From Octopus vulgaris (lineage: Eukaryota): a stretch of DNA of 64,000 nt. The notes below the pieces were generated by a model. It had not been told where the DNA came from. It saw nothing but the letters and a program-made list of their open reading frames with translations, and did not search any database. The stretch spans positions 71,486,001-71,550,000 of the forward strand of contig OX597821.1 in the NCBI GenBank assembly GCA_951406725.2. Direction: 5' to 3'. This document shows, piece after piece, positions 40,546-54,570 of this stretch. Within the stretch, counting starts at the first letter, position 1. Each line of letters starts with the position of its first letter. Both the position numbers and the translations under genes were made by a program.

Positions 40546-42494
40546 TGCATGTTTTTAGTTTTGAGTGGAGTCACAGAAGTGGTAGTATGGTATTTGTAGA
40601 GATGGTGGGAACAGGCTCGTTTTGACTGGGGCGGTATTTATCGTGATGATGGTTTAAAATGATAGTGTTGATGGTTGATAATAATTCTGTAGATATTGAT
40701 TAGAAAGGCAATCAAATAAGAAAAGAACCGAGTGAAAGGTGTCAACAGTTTCAATAGCATGATTATATTTGCAACACATGACAAATCGCTATGTCACACA
40801 GAATGTGTACAAATGATATCAAAACATCCGAAACTAGATATCAGCTTTATTTGAAAGGCATGCAAATAAAATGATAAATCGTGGAAAAAGATATTTCTAT
40901 ATCAATGTCATTGCTGCTGTTCAATAACTAATTCAAGGCTGTTACTCTGATTTCACTTTCATATAACGGCAACTGAACAGTCAACAACATCTAAACCTGA
41001 TTCTCAAGAGGAAATGTGTAAATAAATTTTCTCTTGAAATGTAATATTTTCTTTAATGGAGAAAGTTTCATGATTCTTAGATAGAATAACATTGTTCAAT
41101 ACTTAATTTTTGTTGAGGTACTTAATGCTTTAGTTACGATACAACTAGGCAACGCATGGGCGTGAAACGAATAGAAAGCGTTGAAAACATGCACCAAATG
41201 TTGTACGTAATCATAATCTAGCCACAATCATTCGAGATGGGACATGCCCATCCAGGCTGAAAAGGAGGTCAGGTAGAGACCGTTCAGATATAATTAACAT
41301 TGACTGGGACAAACATCTCTGGACTCAGACGTCTTGAGCTATTCTGATCGGAGTCTCGCCCAGAAGGAAGTAAAAAAACCTGACAAAGCAATTTCGAAAA
41401 AAAAGTTCGAATAACCGAACAGCATACAGTACAGAAAATATTTAGGTTTCTCTTCACACCTGTTTCTCGCCTTCTGTTGAGATATTTTTATGAAGGGAGA
41501 TGATATTTTCCCATTTCGTGTCTCCCTCGACATTTCCAGCAGTTCGTTACCAATACTTATTTTCTATCTCTTCGTTATCATCGTCGCAAGATGATGGGGG
41601 TGATGCAGCTAATTGTTGCCCGGAGACTTGTTGCCCTCATTTACTTAGTCAGCTCTTGAAAGTGAGATCATGGTGCTCTCTTCTGATGTTTTCGGTGTTG
41701 TAACTTGCTGTAACTTGCAAACCTAAGCCTCTATGTCTTACTATTAGTGTTGCTATTTTCAGCCTTCTATTCATTTCTGCAGCTCTTTTGGGGAAAATTA
41801 CTTGTACTGTCACATGTGTAACAAGTAGGTTTTCTGCTTTTCACTTTCAGCCTTTCCTGCCACATACGCTATGAGACGCAGCTCCAGAACCGTTTCGAGG
41901 TTTTCGAATGTCATTAAGGCTTTTATGCCCATAAAGACCCTACAAAATATAGATCGCCGTCCTACAGTATTGGATATATTCTTATTATGTGAAAATACAA
42001 TGTCCTATCCTTATACACATAGACTCTTCCATTCTCTCAAAACCTGTTGCTGAGGAATCGCCCTATATATATTTTATAGTCTGGAAAGACAGAGCCACGT
42101 GACACTAAACGTCCGCTGCAACTATCTAATAAACGCGATTTACAGGACTTAACAGATTTCGTCTTAACTTTAGATATATATTATATTTCTGGGAATGTTA
42201 GGGCTATCTATTTCTTACACGTCTTCCCAGAAACCATGCTTTGGCTATTTTCAGACCCGCGCAAAACCTGAGCAGAAATATTTGTTCAGATGAAGCGATT
42301 TTAACATATTTTACAACATATGACATCAACGGGTTCCAATGGTTTTGTTTTATTACATTTTATGTGATTTGTTTTTTTTATAGAAACTGTATGACAGATG
42401 GTGGCAATCAATGCGCTCCCTCACACACACACACACACACACGCACACACACACACACACAACCACACACACACATATATGTACAATATATACT

Positions 42495-42533
<39 letters not shown>

Positions 42534-42624
42534 TATTGTACATGTGTTTGTACATATTGTTGTACATATATATATATTTATACATATATATATATCGATC
42601 CATCTATATATATCTATCTATATA

Positions 42625-42732
<108 letters not shown>

Positions 42733-43045
42733 TATATATATATATGTATATATATATGTATATATATATATATATGTATGTATATATATGTGTATATATA
42801 TATATATATATTATGTATATATATATATATGTTTGTATATATATATATATATATGTATATGTATGTATATATATATATGTATGTATGTATGTATACATAA
42901 AGAGATACATACACACAAACATACATACATTCTTTCATACACATACATGTGGATGTGTGTGCGCGCGCAGAGCATTGAACTTAGTGTCAAATATCCAGCA
43001 CCTAAGAAGATCAGTGAAGCGTGAAAGTCTCATTGACTACGAACG

Positions 43046-43278
43046 ATTTTTTTTTTATTGCCCACAGGGGGCTAAACATAGACGGGACAAACAAGGACAA
43101 ACAAAGGGATTAAGTCGATTACATTGACCCCAGTGCGTAACTGGTACTTATTTAATCGACGCCGAAAGGATGAAAGGCAAAGTCGACCTTGGCCGAACTT
43201 GAGCCCAGAACGTAACGGCAGACGAAATACCGCTAAGTATTTCGCCCGGTGTGCTAACGTTTCTGCTAGCTCGCCGCC
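43046..43278 (-). mobile_element. Family A SINE, full length, 12-bp TSD
   Basis: TSD tgactacgaacg at 43034-43045 and 43279-43290. Confidence 0.93.
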
Positions 43279-43329
43279 TGACTACGAACGGTTAAAACTT
43301 CGAAAGGACCTTGGAGAACTAAAGAGTCA

Positions 43330-44500
43330 CGCCATGTAGAATCGGGAGGTTTGTCTGTGCGTGAGAAACGATATCTTCTACTGCTTTCTAGTCTCTTCTG
43401 GAGAGACTAGAAAGCAGGATGTTGGTTTTGCTGTGAGAAATTCATTATTTAAGACGATGCAGCCCTGTTAGGCACTGAGCGGATTTCATCGCTTCAGCTC
43501 AATAAATTTCTTCACACTGGCACCAACTAAATTTGATACTCATGAGAAGGTACTACTTAAGAAATGTGCTAATAACTTAATCTTTTCATGGTGCCGACTG
43601 AGACACGGGTCACTTCGTGGCTTGCTGCAGGATGACACCCCAGCCAAAGACACTTAATAGAAAACCATATGGAAAGCAGCGCATCGATGCGAGGGTGACA
43701 CAACGCCAAGATAAAGCGGCGGAGTTCATCAGACACACTCTCGACACACTTATCAGACAAATATGCACAGATGAAACGGGATGCTCTCATAGACATTATC
43801 CAAAGAATTACACTGAAGGCCTTTCGTAAGAGTCGGAGTAGGATTTAGTTCTGGGTTGAAGCAAGTTCAAGCAAATTCTCTGTTGTTATCAGGGTAAAAC
43901 GTGTTCCACTACCTGAACATAAACCCTACTCAACTTAGGTAAGATTACGAACACTAAAAACAAGAAGAAGCGAGGTGCAGACGTTGTACAAATGACAATA
44001 AATTTGGAGAGGTGTTCAATTATCCTTTGATACAAAAGACATCTGTGGAGTGCAGGGCAGAATACAGAAGGCCATCCACCCAAGCACAAACAAGGCAGAG
44101 CCATAGAGATGGATAGAGCACCGCTCTGAATCCGTCTCCACAGAAATAAATTTGTACAGAGCGTTTGATGTTGTAGAATGCCAGCCACAGATGGAAGAAG
44201 AATGAGATGCAATGCCGACTGTTGAAATAAAACGGCTGTTTTTCCAGTGGCATTGGATGGCATTTCACGAGAGACCATCAAGCGTGCAGCATACTGGCAT
44301 GATAAACGACTGTGCTACTGCCGAGAAAAAAGGAACTGTACCTCAGGAAGTGAGATAATGCAATATTACCGTCTTATAAAAGAAATGAAGAGGACAGAAG
44401 CGGTTCTAACATCCACAGCGGAGAAGAATCACGTGGTTAAGCATCGTCGGGATTGTCTTCGCTCGCGTGTTTCTAAACAGACTGCATTAAACCGCTGAAG
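43330..44500 (+). mobile_element. Highly degenerate, internally deleted RTE LINE
   Basis: APE-like SVREK...VGFAVRNSLFKT...GTERI..LQL; later RWIEH..ES and DGI motifs; boundaries approximate. Confidence 0.55.
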
Positions 44501-44803
44501 CTATTTACCCCAACTTTCAATGATGTTCCTAACCAGAATGTTCTACAATTAAAACATTCTTCTCCCTTCGTCAATTACAAGAAAATGCATTGGGTAAAGT
44601 AACCCACTTTATGTCACTTTCATTGACCTCTGAAGAACCTTGATCATGTGAGTGACGATGGCCATTACTAAATCCTTACCGGTAATATAAAACCTAAAAG
44701 AGACAGGCTTCTGTTAGAGAAACTTTAAGTTGTAGGGAGCTGACTGAAAATGTTTTAAGGAATGTGTGTGTGTGTGTGTGTGTGTATTTGTGTGTGTGCG
44801 CGC

Positions 44804-44894
<91 letters not shown>

Positions 44895-45317
44895 TAACCG
44901 CACCACTCTAAAACCGAATTCAGGACCGAAAAACAACAACCAACCCACTGAGAGGAAGACACATAAACAGATTTCCCACATACCGGTTTTACGACTCTTG
45001 CCTGGCTCTAGACAATTCGACAGTTGACACCATGCGCGCATGAAACGCTGGTGCAGCAAATTACACGCTGGAATGAACGCAACATCGCCGCCTCGGATGC
45101 ACTCGCTAGTTTAGTATTCAACCTAGAATGTATACAACCTGAATTGTGCACATACGGAGTCATAAATACACTTGTTTCAGAAAGATAGTCAATCTGATCA
45201 CGAGATGTTTCAGTGTGTGTTTTAAGCACAGATGCATGAGTGTGTGCTTTTGCGTATGAGCCTCTAGGAATGGTATCGAGTACTCTTTCTTCCGACACTC
45301 CACACTAAATACTCACA

Positions 45318-45380
<63 letters not shown>

Positions 45381-45431
45381 ACACACACACACTAACACAC
45401 ACACACACACACTCGTATACTTTTATATACA

Positions 45432-46181
45432 TATTAAGTTGGAAAGAAAGCTCGGTTGCATTTTTGACATGATCAATTTTGAAGACATCTTTTTAATGGC
45501 TAAGGTATATTCAGCTTTCATTTTTACATTATGATTTCTGTCTTGGCAAGATTATTTTATACTATAGCGAGTAAATTCGTTTCGTTTTTAAACTGATTTT
45601 AGATTAGACATACATCAAATTCAACATGAGCACTTCACCAAAGGAGGCGACAAGAAATACCCGTTCTATGAAATATATAGAAATGAAACTTTAAATGTCC
45701 GCAAATGCCAACGATATTTTTGGCCAATTTCGCTCGGGAATTTTTTCTCTCACAGCCGTCCACCGATCTGGACGACTAGGTTCCGCAAATAATGACCTTC
45801 TGAAAACCGCAGTTTAGGAAAATTTAATTCAAACTGACCGATGAAGCAGTTGAAGCCCCATTTTGATTATAAAAAAAACCCTTCATGAACAAGGAAAAAA
45901 TGTCTGAACTTGGCCTCTGGGTCTCTTTACAGATCCCTGCAACATTTGGCAGAAAGGAAACGGTGAATTGCGAAGAGATTGGAAATTATATTGAGTGTTT
46001 CATTCCTTCGAAACCTGAAGACTTTTATGCTCCAGGAATCAACAATTTACCAAATAAATTGGACCATGGAATCAATAATGAGGAGAATATTTTTCTTGAT
46101 TAATTATATCAATTAAGACCAAAGAAGCATTTGTTTCTTCCCCATTTTGAATAACAACAGCAAATTCATTTCAACATCATA
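45432..46181 (+). mobile_element. Internally deleted mariner (Tc1/mariner) element
   Basis: EIYRNETLNVRKCQR.F..FRSG.FSL..VHRSGRL...NDLLKTAV (HTH), SELGLWV, FIPSKPEDFYAPGINNLPNK...INNEENIFLD*; degenerate TIRs at 45432 and ~46156-46181. Confidence 0.8.
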
Positions 46182-46230
46182 CATGCATACATGCACACAT
46201 ATGTATGCATGCATGCACACACACACACAA

Positions 46231-46298
<68 letters not shown>

Positions 46299-47840
46299 AA
46301 GGAGTGACAGACTGAGAGAGAGAACGAGGGACAGAGAGAAAGAGACATGGGGTAAAATATATTCGTTTAATTATGCAGATGTATCAAACCAACAACTGTA
46401 AATGTGTAAAAAATATGTTTTCACACACACACACACGCACACATACACGTATGTATTTACAGCACAAGTAATGTGTATGTTTTCTGAACATGTGTTTATT
46501 AAGGGTGGAAGTGGGTGGACGGCTGCAGTTCTACGTCTTCATATGATGTCGTTGGATTCCAATAGGCGTGTAATGCCTAAACCCAACACAACTCTGTCTT
46601 TCTCTCAGAATGAGGAAATAATCATATTTCTAAATCTCTCTCTCTCTCTCTCTCTTTCTCTTTCTTACACACAGTATTCTCTTTCTTTTTATCTCTCTTT
46701 TTATCTGTGTTCATTTATGTATGTATGTATGTATGTATGTATGTATGTATGTATGTATGTATGTATGTATGTATGTATGTATGTATGTATGTATGTATGT
46801 ATATGCTTGCATACATGCATGTATGTATGTATGTATGTATGTATGTATGTATGTATGTATGTATGTATGTATGTACGTGTGTGTATGTGTATCTATGTGT
46901 GTATGTACACATGCAGACAAACGCAAATCACGTGGTTGGATGCACTCTTTCTAGTGTAACACCCCGAAGTGCTCCATATGTAATCGCAGAAAATCACGTA
47001 GAGAGCAGAAATATATAAATGGTATAACTATACACAAACGCACACACACACACACACACTCACACATACACAAACCATGCGAAATGCTATAAACATATAT
47101 GTGCATATGCATACACACATGCACACACATACAAACTTAACATACATATATATGAGTGTATGTAGTATGCACGCATGCATTATATATGTATGTATGGATG
47201 GGTAGATGGAAGGATGGATGTATGGGTAGGTGGATGGATGTGTATATGTATGTATGTACGTATTTTTGTAATAACGTGTGTATGTGTGTACGTAAGTATG
47301 TGGGTACGTAAGTATGTGGGCAGGATGCTGGGTGTGCTACTCAGCATATCACAGTTCTGGCGTCGATATGATAAATACCAATAGCGTAGGGAGGTCACAT
47401 CTAACTCCACCCTTATTTTTGTTATTCATTACAGAGAGGCCATATACACATATATGTATATGTAAAATCTTCTAGGGACCATTACCTCTAAGGAATACAG
47501 AATTGTAGGGTACATACATCTTATTTCAGGTAACCTAATGCTTGGATCTCACTGTGAGCAGAAGTCTCTCATCGCCAGAAATCGTCAGAATTTGAAGCTA
47601 CGAAAAATGAAGATAAATTTATACGGAATGGAGGAGTCTAATGAATTTGTCAAATTTAGAATCTGATTGGTTCGTGGAGTGGGGTGGGGAGAGAATGATG
47701 TGTACCTTTCAACCAATCGAGATCGATATATTTAAAATTCCAGTGAAAATGTGCGTTCGACGAGCTCGGCAAATTCTTTCCTTTCAAAATTCTTGGACAT
47801 TTTATCCAAATAAACCATTATTATTATTTTTCTAATGAAC

Positions 47841-48040
47841 GCGGTGAGCTGGCAGAATCGTTAGCGCGCCGGGCAAAATGCTTAGCAGCATATAGTCCGT
47901 CTGTCTAAAAGATGTTCTGAGTTCAAATTCCGCCGAGATCGACTTTGCCTTTCATCCTTTCGGAGTACTGGGGTCGACGTAATCGACCAGTCCTCTCCCC
48001 CAAATTTTCAGGCCTTGTGCCTATAGTAGAAAGGATTATT
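47841..48040 (+). mobile_element. Family A SINE
   Basis: gcggtgagctggcagaatcgttagcgcgccgggc...gagttcaaattccgccgag...ggccttgtgcctatagtagaaaggatt. Confidence 0.92.
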
Positions 48041-48044
48041 ATTT

Positions 48045-48690
48045 TTTATTTTGCTAGGTATGATGGAAAGTGTCAGCTGACAACAACCCGCAGACTAAGG
48101 TGATATTTGTTTACTGTTTATGCTCCAAGAACACAATGGAGAACTTTAGCAGTTCCAATCAATGGTGGTTTTTGTAGGTGTTCTATATTTACATTTGTAC
48201 TAATCTTTTTGAGCCATGTTGGTAGTTGAGTGCTGACACTTCCAAGCGTGCCAATCACTATTGCTATCACGTCCTCTCTCTTCATCGCCCACAACCTACG
48301 TATTTCCCGCTTCAGTTCATCATAGTTCACTTTTTCTTCTTTTTCTTCGACATGCTCTGTCGATTATCGAACATGTTTTCTTCTTTTCTGCTCACCACAA
48401 CAACGTCAGGTTTCCGATGTTTGATCTGATGCTTACGCTGAACCATTGCATCTCACAGGATTTTCCAATCGTCCGTCTCAGTAACTCCCTCAGGGACTTG
48501 GTCATATCATCCACACCGGTGTCAATGGATCATTCTTGCAACATTCTCATGTCGCATTGTACCAATTTCGGGCTTTCACTGTGCCATACCGTTTCACCCC
48601 TCTCACCACACATTCTACATTTGTCGCAGTCGGTTTTTTCTTTTTGTTGCATGAAATCAAAATGGACAACGAATGCTTTTGTTTTTTGTT
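48045..48690 (-). mobile_element. R4/Dong-clade LINE 3' end (CCHC plus RLE endonuclease)
   Basis: DKCRMCGERGETVWH...VPEGVTETDDWKIL*D...HRKPDVVVV...YDELKREIRRLWAMK..VIAIVIGTLG...LQKPPLIGTAKVL. Confidence 0.88.
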
Positions 48691-48984
48691 TTTTTTCTTT
48701 TAATGTGTCCAGAAAGAAATGCTTTTTCTATGTCAAAAACGTCAATTCCACTTCCCTGTAGAACTCATGGTGGTCGGTCGTAAAGTTTGACACCTCTCGC
48801 TAACAATATCTTCTACCTGATATTTCATGAAAGACATTTTGATTTCAATCTACGAAATTAGACTAGAGTTTAAGGAAGGTATGCAAAGGAAGATAAATCA
48901 ATGCCAAAAATATAGAAACCAATTCAGTGACCCAGTCTTCGGTGAAGTCACAGTCATCATCATCATCATCATCATTATCATCAT

Positions 48985-49195
48985 CTCTTTCTCGAGTCCG
49001 AAGAGTCATAGGGCCAGTAACCTGGTTTCCATGGTATACAAGTAAACACGATCGCCAGTCCATCGCAGGAGGAGACGAAGCAAGGTGAAAAAAAGCGTTT
49101 TGCTGAAGAATACAGCCCACCGAGCGGTGTGGGAATCGAAATCACGATCTTGTGATTCGTGAGTGCAGCACTGTAACCACCAGGTCGCGTCTTCG
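48985..49195 (-). mobile_element. Family C SINE
   Basis: cgccagtccatcgcagg and gggaatcgaaatcacgatc...gtgagtgcagcactgtaaccac are reverse complements of 39551 copy motifs. Confidence 0.75.
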
Positions 49196-49736
49196 CTCAA
49201 TGTAGCACAAATAAAAATGACAAAAATGAAAAGATGACATCGATGGACAAACGAAATTGCTGACTCAATCGGAATTGTAGGTGAACAAAAAAGCAATATC
49301 CACAACAGGCGCACAAGTTGTTACGTGACTGTCGGCAACAATCTCACCCACTTTTCTTCTAAAGGTCACACACACACACAAAACATGACTTCGGTTTTAT
49401 GTATTTATTCATTTCTATTTACTTATTGGAGATTTGATGCACTGGATCCCCTCACAAATTAAAAGAATACAGAGAGAAACAGAAGGAGAGAGAAAAACAG
49501 AAGAAGAGGGAGAGAAACACAAAGAGAGAAAAACAAAGAGAGAAAGGAAACGAGAAAAAAGGAAAAGAGAGTCGGTCGTGACGATCGTTGTAAAGTTGAT
49601 TCCACGCCACCATTTCGGTTTTATATTGCAGTTCGCCGTTCATTTCCTTTCATCGAAAGGTTAGGCACGTAGGCTAACTTTTTCTGCAGATTCTTGCTTT
49701 AGTTTTGTAAATAAATTTATAAAAAACAGAACCTAC

Positions 49737-49910
49737 TCCTACGTCAATTTGCTGATTGCTGTTGTGATTGTTACTGTTGTTGTTTCTGCCTTCCTCTCCT
49801 TTGTTGATATTGTAGCCATTGTTTGTTGTTGTTGACTCAACAACTTTAGAGTTTGCTCGTTTTTTTTTTTTTTTTGAAGTGTCATTTGTTGTCGACGGGC
49901 ACGTGGAATC
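49737..49910 (-). other. Candidate 174-nt phase-0 exon (Asn/Thr-rich 58 aa)
   Basis: ttttagcag|GATTCC ... GTAGGA|gtaggt; open frame DSTCPSTTNDTSKKKKKRANSKVVESTTTNNGYNINKGEEGRNNNSNNHNSNQQIDVG; acceptor pyrimidine tract is weak. Confidence 0.25.
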
Positions 49911-50294
49911 CTGCTAAAATTTCCGTTTCTGCCTTGTCTTCTTTTCACTTTTTTACTGTTGTAGTTGTGCCGCGGAATCTCCGTAACACGGTTTCGATTA
50001 TTGATCTGGAACGATTCATCCGATATCAATTGAACAATCATTTACGATAACAAGTTCCAACAACTAATAACCACGGGACGAATTTAAACAAAGTACCAAA
50101 CCAATACTGAAATTAATTCTATGCTTTTTCATTTTTTTTTTCGTTCTTCATGCATTTTCTCGGTAAGAAATCGGTTGTGTTCAAACCTGGATACTTCGTT
50201 TCAGATGCGCTGTTTGTCACGACAGTACTTCTACGACTACACCAGGAGGAAATGACACAACTCATATCTATCCCTCTCGCTCTCTATCTATCTG

Positions 50295-50366
<72 letters not shown>

Positions 50367-50469
50367 GCTAGCTAGCTAGCTATCTATCTATCTATCTATC
50401 TCGCTCTCTATCTAGCTTGGTGTCAATCAGTGAGTGAATGCGTGAATATACGTCTGCATGTATAAATAC

Positions 50470-50625
50470 ACGACGGGCTTCCATTAAGTTTCGGACTGCC
50501 AAATTCTTCCCCTTAGAAGGTATTAGTGAGTCCGCGGTTATAGTAGAAGACACTTTCCCTTGTGCCGCACAGAGGAACAAAATTGAAACCACGTGATTGC
50601 GAAGCGAACTTCTTAACCTCCACAG
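50470..50625 (-). mobile_element. Family B SINE 5' half, diverged
   Basis: acgacgggcttcc..aagtttc...tatagtagaagacactt...gtgccgca...aaccacgtg. Confidence 0.7.
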
Positions 50626-51609
50626 TAATGTTAAATTATTCAAACCATCCCCACCCTCACATGTACAAAATATTGAACCCTAAAATTAAAGAAAATCAAT
50701 GAAACAATAATTTACAATGATTTAACTGAGTTTTAATGAAATATTAACGACGTGGGATTTCCCTTGACACGTCTAAATCACCAACTACACCATTGATTTT
50801 CATGATGTCACGTCTTTCCCTGTTTATTCTCATTACAGATGTCATGTTCACACCTAATATTTACATACCCAACATATACACACAACATATGTATTAAGTA
50901 TTCATTCCAGCTCACCATATGTCTGGGAGTGCGTGTTACTTCGTTATAAGTACCATTAACTAATTAATCAAACGGCTCGTCAAATTCTCTCTCTTTTTCT
51001 CTTAGTTCTTATTTATCTCTCTCTAAATCTTTCGTTTTTTTTTTAACTGTCTCCCTTTATTATCAACATTTTTTTTTCGCTTTTACACAACATTTATTTC
51101 TATCAACGAATTAATAGCACATGTTCCTTTATTAAATATATTCTACTTAACGTCACTCGCTCCTCGAATTTATAAATAAATTAAATCACTACTACAGATG
51201 ACTAATTGCAAAATAATCTTATTAATTGTTTTAATTTCATGCCATTGGAAATACTGAAAATAGGCCCCTACTCAGTTTTATAATTACTTCAGATTTATTC
51301 TATAGAATAATACTTTTCTCCTGCTGACACCCAAAAGGAGATTTGATCTTACTCCTTGTTGTTTTGCAATAGTTTTCCCACCGCCACCGCCACCCACCTA
51401 TGCGTAGCAATGTTATTTCTTCGATGGAATACATACAGCGAGTTGAACTGGGCCACAATTAAGTGTGCTGATCACAGACATAACGTTGATGAGTCGGTAC
51501 GAGGATAGGAATTCCCGATGCTTTGATCTCGCACGTTTACCCGATATCCCATTTACTCGATAACTCTTGCATACATACATACAAACAATCAAACATTATC
51601 TCAAAACAA

Positions 51610-51840
51610 ATCAAATAAAAAGAAAATCCCATGACTTTCAAACGAAACCTGGACAACTTCCATCAAAAGGATACCAGATAAGCCACCTATACTTGAATAC
51701 GTCTCAGTCAGCAACAAGCCCCTCCTTGAATGGACCATGATACCATGAAACTTGATTTTAAAATGCCTTAACAGGTTCTGTCTGATAGTGTTAGACAAGG
51801 CCTGGGGCCAATCTTTGGCCGAAACATATCTAAGTTATCT
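51610..51840 (+). mobile_element. CR1-group LINE extreme 3' end (related to 31801-32650)
   Basis: ENPMTFKRNLDNF...IPDKPPILEYVSVSN parallels KDPTTFQRYLEKFLQEILDKPPTPGYISTSN; similar 3' UTR end. Confidence 0.7.
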
Positions 51841-51859
51841 ATGCTATATTGCTATATAA

Positions 51860-52252
51860 AACCTAGATCCAAGTAACCCTCATTGGAATTTCAGTAACAT
51901 CAACATGGTGTATTTGTATGAATGTATTTGTGCAGATTTATATGCTTTGTTTTAGGCATGTATTCTCATGCATATAGGCATGTATTCTCAAGCATGTCTA
52001 GACATGCTTGTAAATATTTAAATGATATTTAAACTTCTGGAAAGTTTTACAGATTTTTACAGTTCCTGTGATGGATTGGATCTGCTGATTTCGAATCAGC
52101 TTTCTCCTTTCTAGTTTCTAGAAACCTAATTTAAGCAGTGTGTTACATATGTGAGTGCCGTGATAATTGCAGGTATAAATCTGAACTTCTAATCTGGATA
52201 GTTTAGCGCAAATATTTTCTTTTTCGCTGATCATCTTTATGTTAACATCCGC
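51860..52252 (-). mobile_element. RLE-type LINE 3' end associated with (TATG)n, copy 2
   Basis: ttttacagatttttacagttcc..tgatgga.tggatctg and caggtataaatctgaactt.taatctggatag shared with copy 1; ADVNIKMISEKEN. Confidence 0.78.
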
Positions 52253-52253
52253 T

Positions 52254-52464
52254 GTATGTACCGTATGTATGTATGTATGTATGTATGTATGTATGTATGT
52301 ATGTATGTATGTATGTATGTATGTATGTATGTGTGTGTGTGTGTATGTGTGCATGTATGTGTGCATGTATGTATGCATGTATGCATGCATGTATGCATAC
52401 ATGTATGCATGTATGTATGTATGTATGCATGCATATATGTATGCATGCATGCATGCATGCATGC

Positions 52465-52495
<31 letters not shown>

Positions 52496-52566
52496 CATTC
52501 ATGCATGTATTATGTATGTATGTATGTATGCATGCATGCATGCATGTATGTATGTATGTATGCATA
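52254..52566. repeat. (TATG)n/(CATG)n compound microsatellite
   Basis: Direct reading. Confidence 0.97.
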
Positions 52567-53279
52567 TATCTAACTACACTGTCAAGAGACGTGGGATGCG
52601 AATCTAAATTCCACAAAGGAACACGTTTCGTACCAAAATGCCATATTTTTCCCTTTCCTTAATTCTTATGCAAGACAAACCAAATATATTCTTCAGTCTT
52701 CATTGTTCGTTAAAATCTTAGGCAATTGTAGAATAATACATTTTATTTACAAGATTTTAATTAAAAGTATTGAGCTTACGAAGTTTATTCTTCTGCAAGA
52801 ATTAATTACACAGGTGAACTGATTATGTAGCTTCCTGCAATGAATAGGAAACTTTAAGACAAATTCCGGCGAAGGTTGGGACTTCGAGATTAAAATTTCA
52901 AGTAAAATGGAATATTTTTCGAAAACTCTTCTTGCTCCTCCACTTCGACTATTCTACGGACGAAACACTTGTAACTATAAAGCTAAATGTGGCTGTATGG
53001 GATCTAGTATGACTATTCACAATCTCTGTTGTCGAAATAGTACAAACCGTATGATGGATATGATGAAACAGCTATGGCATAATTATACTTCCTAAGAAAC
53101 AAGTAATTAGGTTTTATCTTTGCAATACAAATGAGCGTATATTTCGTTATTTTGCATACTGTTGTTCATTGTAACGATGAAGGATTCCGGTATTTGGTAT
53201 CAACGCGAACGAATTGAGCTGAGCCGTTGCTGAAGAGTTAAGTAACTTCATCGTACTGTGTGGGAAGCGGCATGTCAAG

Positions 53280-53510
53280 GAATAGACTCAACGTTTCCTC
53301 TGCATATCGCAAAAGGCTTCTAAAAGGGGTTGAGGAATGATTTGAACTCCAGTCTCGCAAGACCCTCACCAGCAACGACAACTCAACCAGACCCAGAGAT
53401 TGTCACCCGAGTGGTGCAATGGTGTCATCTACTTGGAGAAGGGAATCGCCAACAAATGGTAGATCAGCGACGCGCTGTTATGGCGCATGTCCCCATACTT
53501 ACTATCAACA
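53280..53510 (+). mobile_element. Possible RTE-related non-autonomous element fragment
   Basis: cctctgcatatcgcaaaaggcttctaaaagggg resembles, from memory, the gcgtgtcgtaagaggcgactaaaggg motif of RTE-associated 5' regions; ends in (ACT)n. Confidence 0.3.
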
Positions 53511-53515
53511 CCACC

Positions 53516-53552
<37 letters not shown>

Positions 53553-54189
53553 TTACTACTACTACTACCGTAGACAGTGCAAAGCACCGTCTCTCTAGTC
53601 GCTTGCTTGAGAAACAATCAGCTGAAGGTGTGGGATTGGCACTACCCGGATCTTATGTTTATATCAACGATGCTTACTTTAGCGACACCAAATAACAACG
53701 ATAAAGTATGATTGAAATTAACAGGAAGATGTAGGCGGAATATTATGTTGCAATGGGATGAGCAGCGACGGTTCCTGAATTGGGAAACAATCAGGCCAAT
53801 GTTTGTTGCTTATCTTTCTGGCAAAAGAATAAGGATAAACACTGCGACAAAGATCTATTATGGAAGAAGAAACGATTTAACGATTTCGAAATGTATTACA
53901 CACGCACACACACACACACACAGAGACACACATACACATATATATATACATACATACATACATACACACACACATACATACATACATACATACATACATA
54001 CATACATACATACATACATACATACATACATACATACATACATACATACATCAAACTGTCAAGAAAGGAAATACAGCCAGAATTAAAAATACCCACTGCG
54101 GCCACATCGTGCTAGTAGCATTAATGGTGATACAGCCAACACGGTAACCGCGTCGGAAAATGAAGTCAGCACTGCCACATATGCAGCTA

Positions 54190-54570
54190 AATCTAGTAAA
54201 TGCTCATACAGAGAAAAAATAAAATGCCCAGTGATGAACCTCTGTATGTGTACGAATCTTGTATGTAAATGTACCGTACACACAAAGCGATGACCATACG
54301 TTTAAATTGGGGCAACGGCTGATTCATTCAAGAATCAACAAGAGGCTTCAAGAACGTCAACAAGAGGCATTCGATATCTTTGGCTGAAATTAAGTATGAT
54401 ATTACTTGGTCTATAATATGGTACGCACAACCGTATGATATCCTTTCCGGGAGATGCAAATTCTGCTCCGAGGAATCCTTGTCTATTTTGTGAAGCAATG
54501 AGAAGATCATCCATAAGATTGATGAAAGACTCTCAAGATGCTTGCGTGCTTATAAATGCACTTTCACACA
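54190..54570 (+). mobile_element. Degenerate Penelope-like GIY-YIG fragment of a second PLE lineage (CxC..CP..C linker type)
   Basis: KCSYREKIKCPVMNLCMCTNLVCKCTVHT...IGATADSFK...YDITWSIIWYAQPYDILSGRCKFCSEESLSIL*...KIDERLSRC. Confidence 0.7.

Noticed and set aside
41770-41880. Minus-strand RKPTCYTC zinc-knuckle-like LINE ORF1 remnant
   Set aside because: Single short motif lacking the His; insufficient to call
49632-49659. Plus-strand microexon candidate (ttgcag|...aag|gttagg)
   Set aside because: 28 nt, not frame-preserving, no other support
51790-51835. ggcca(atctt)tggcc-gaaac as a hammerhead (also ~32610-32650)
   Set aside because: No CUGANGA-like core; better explained as the LINE 3' terminal stem-loop
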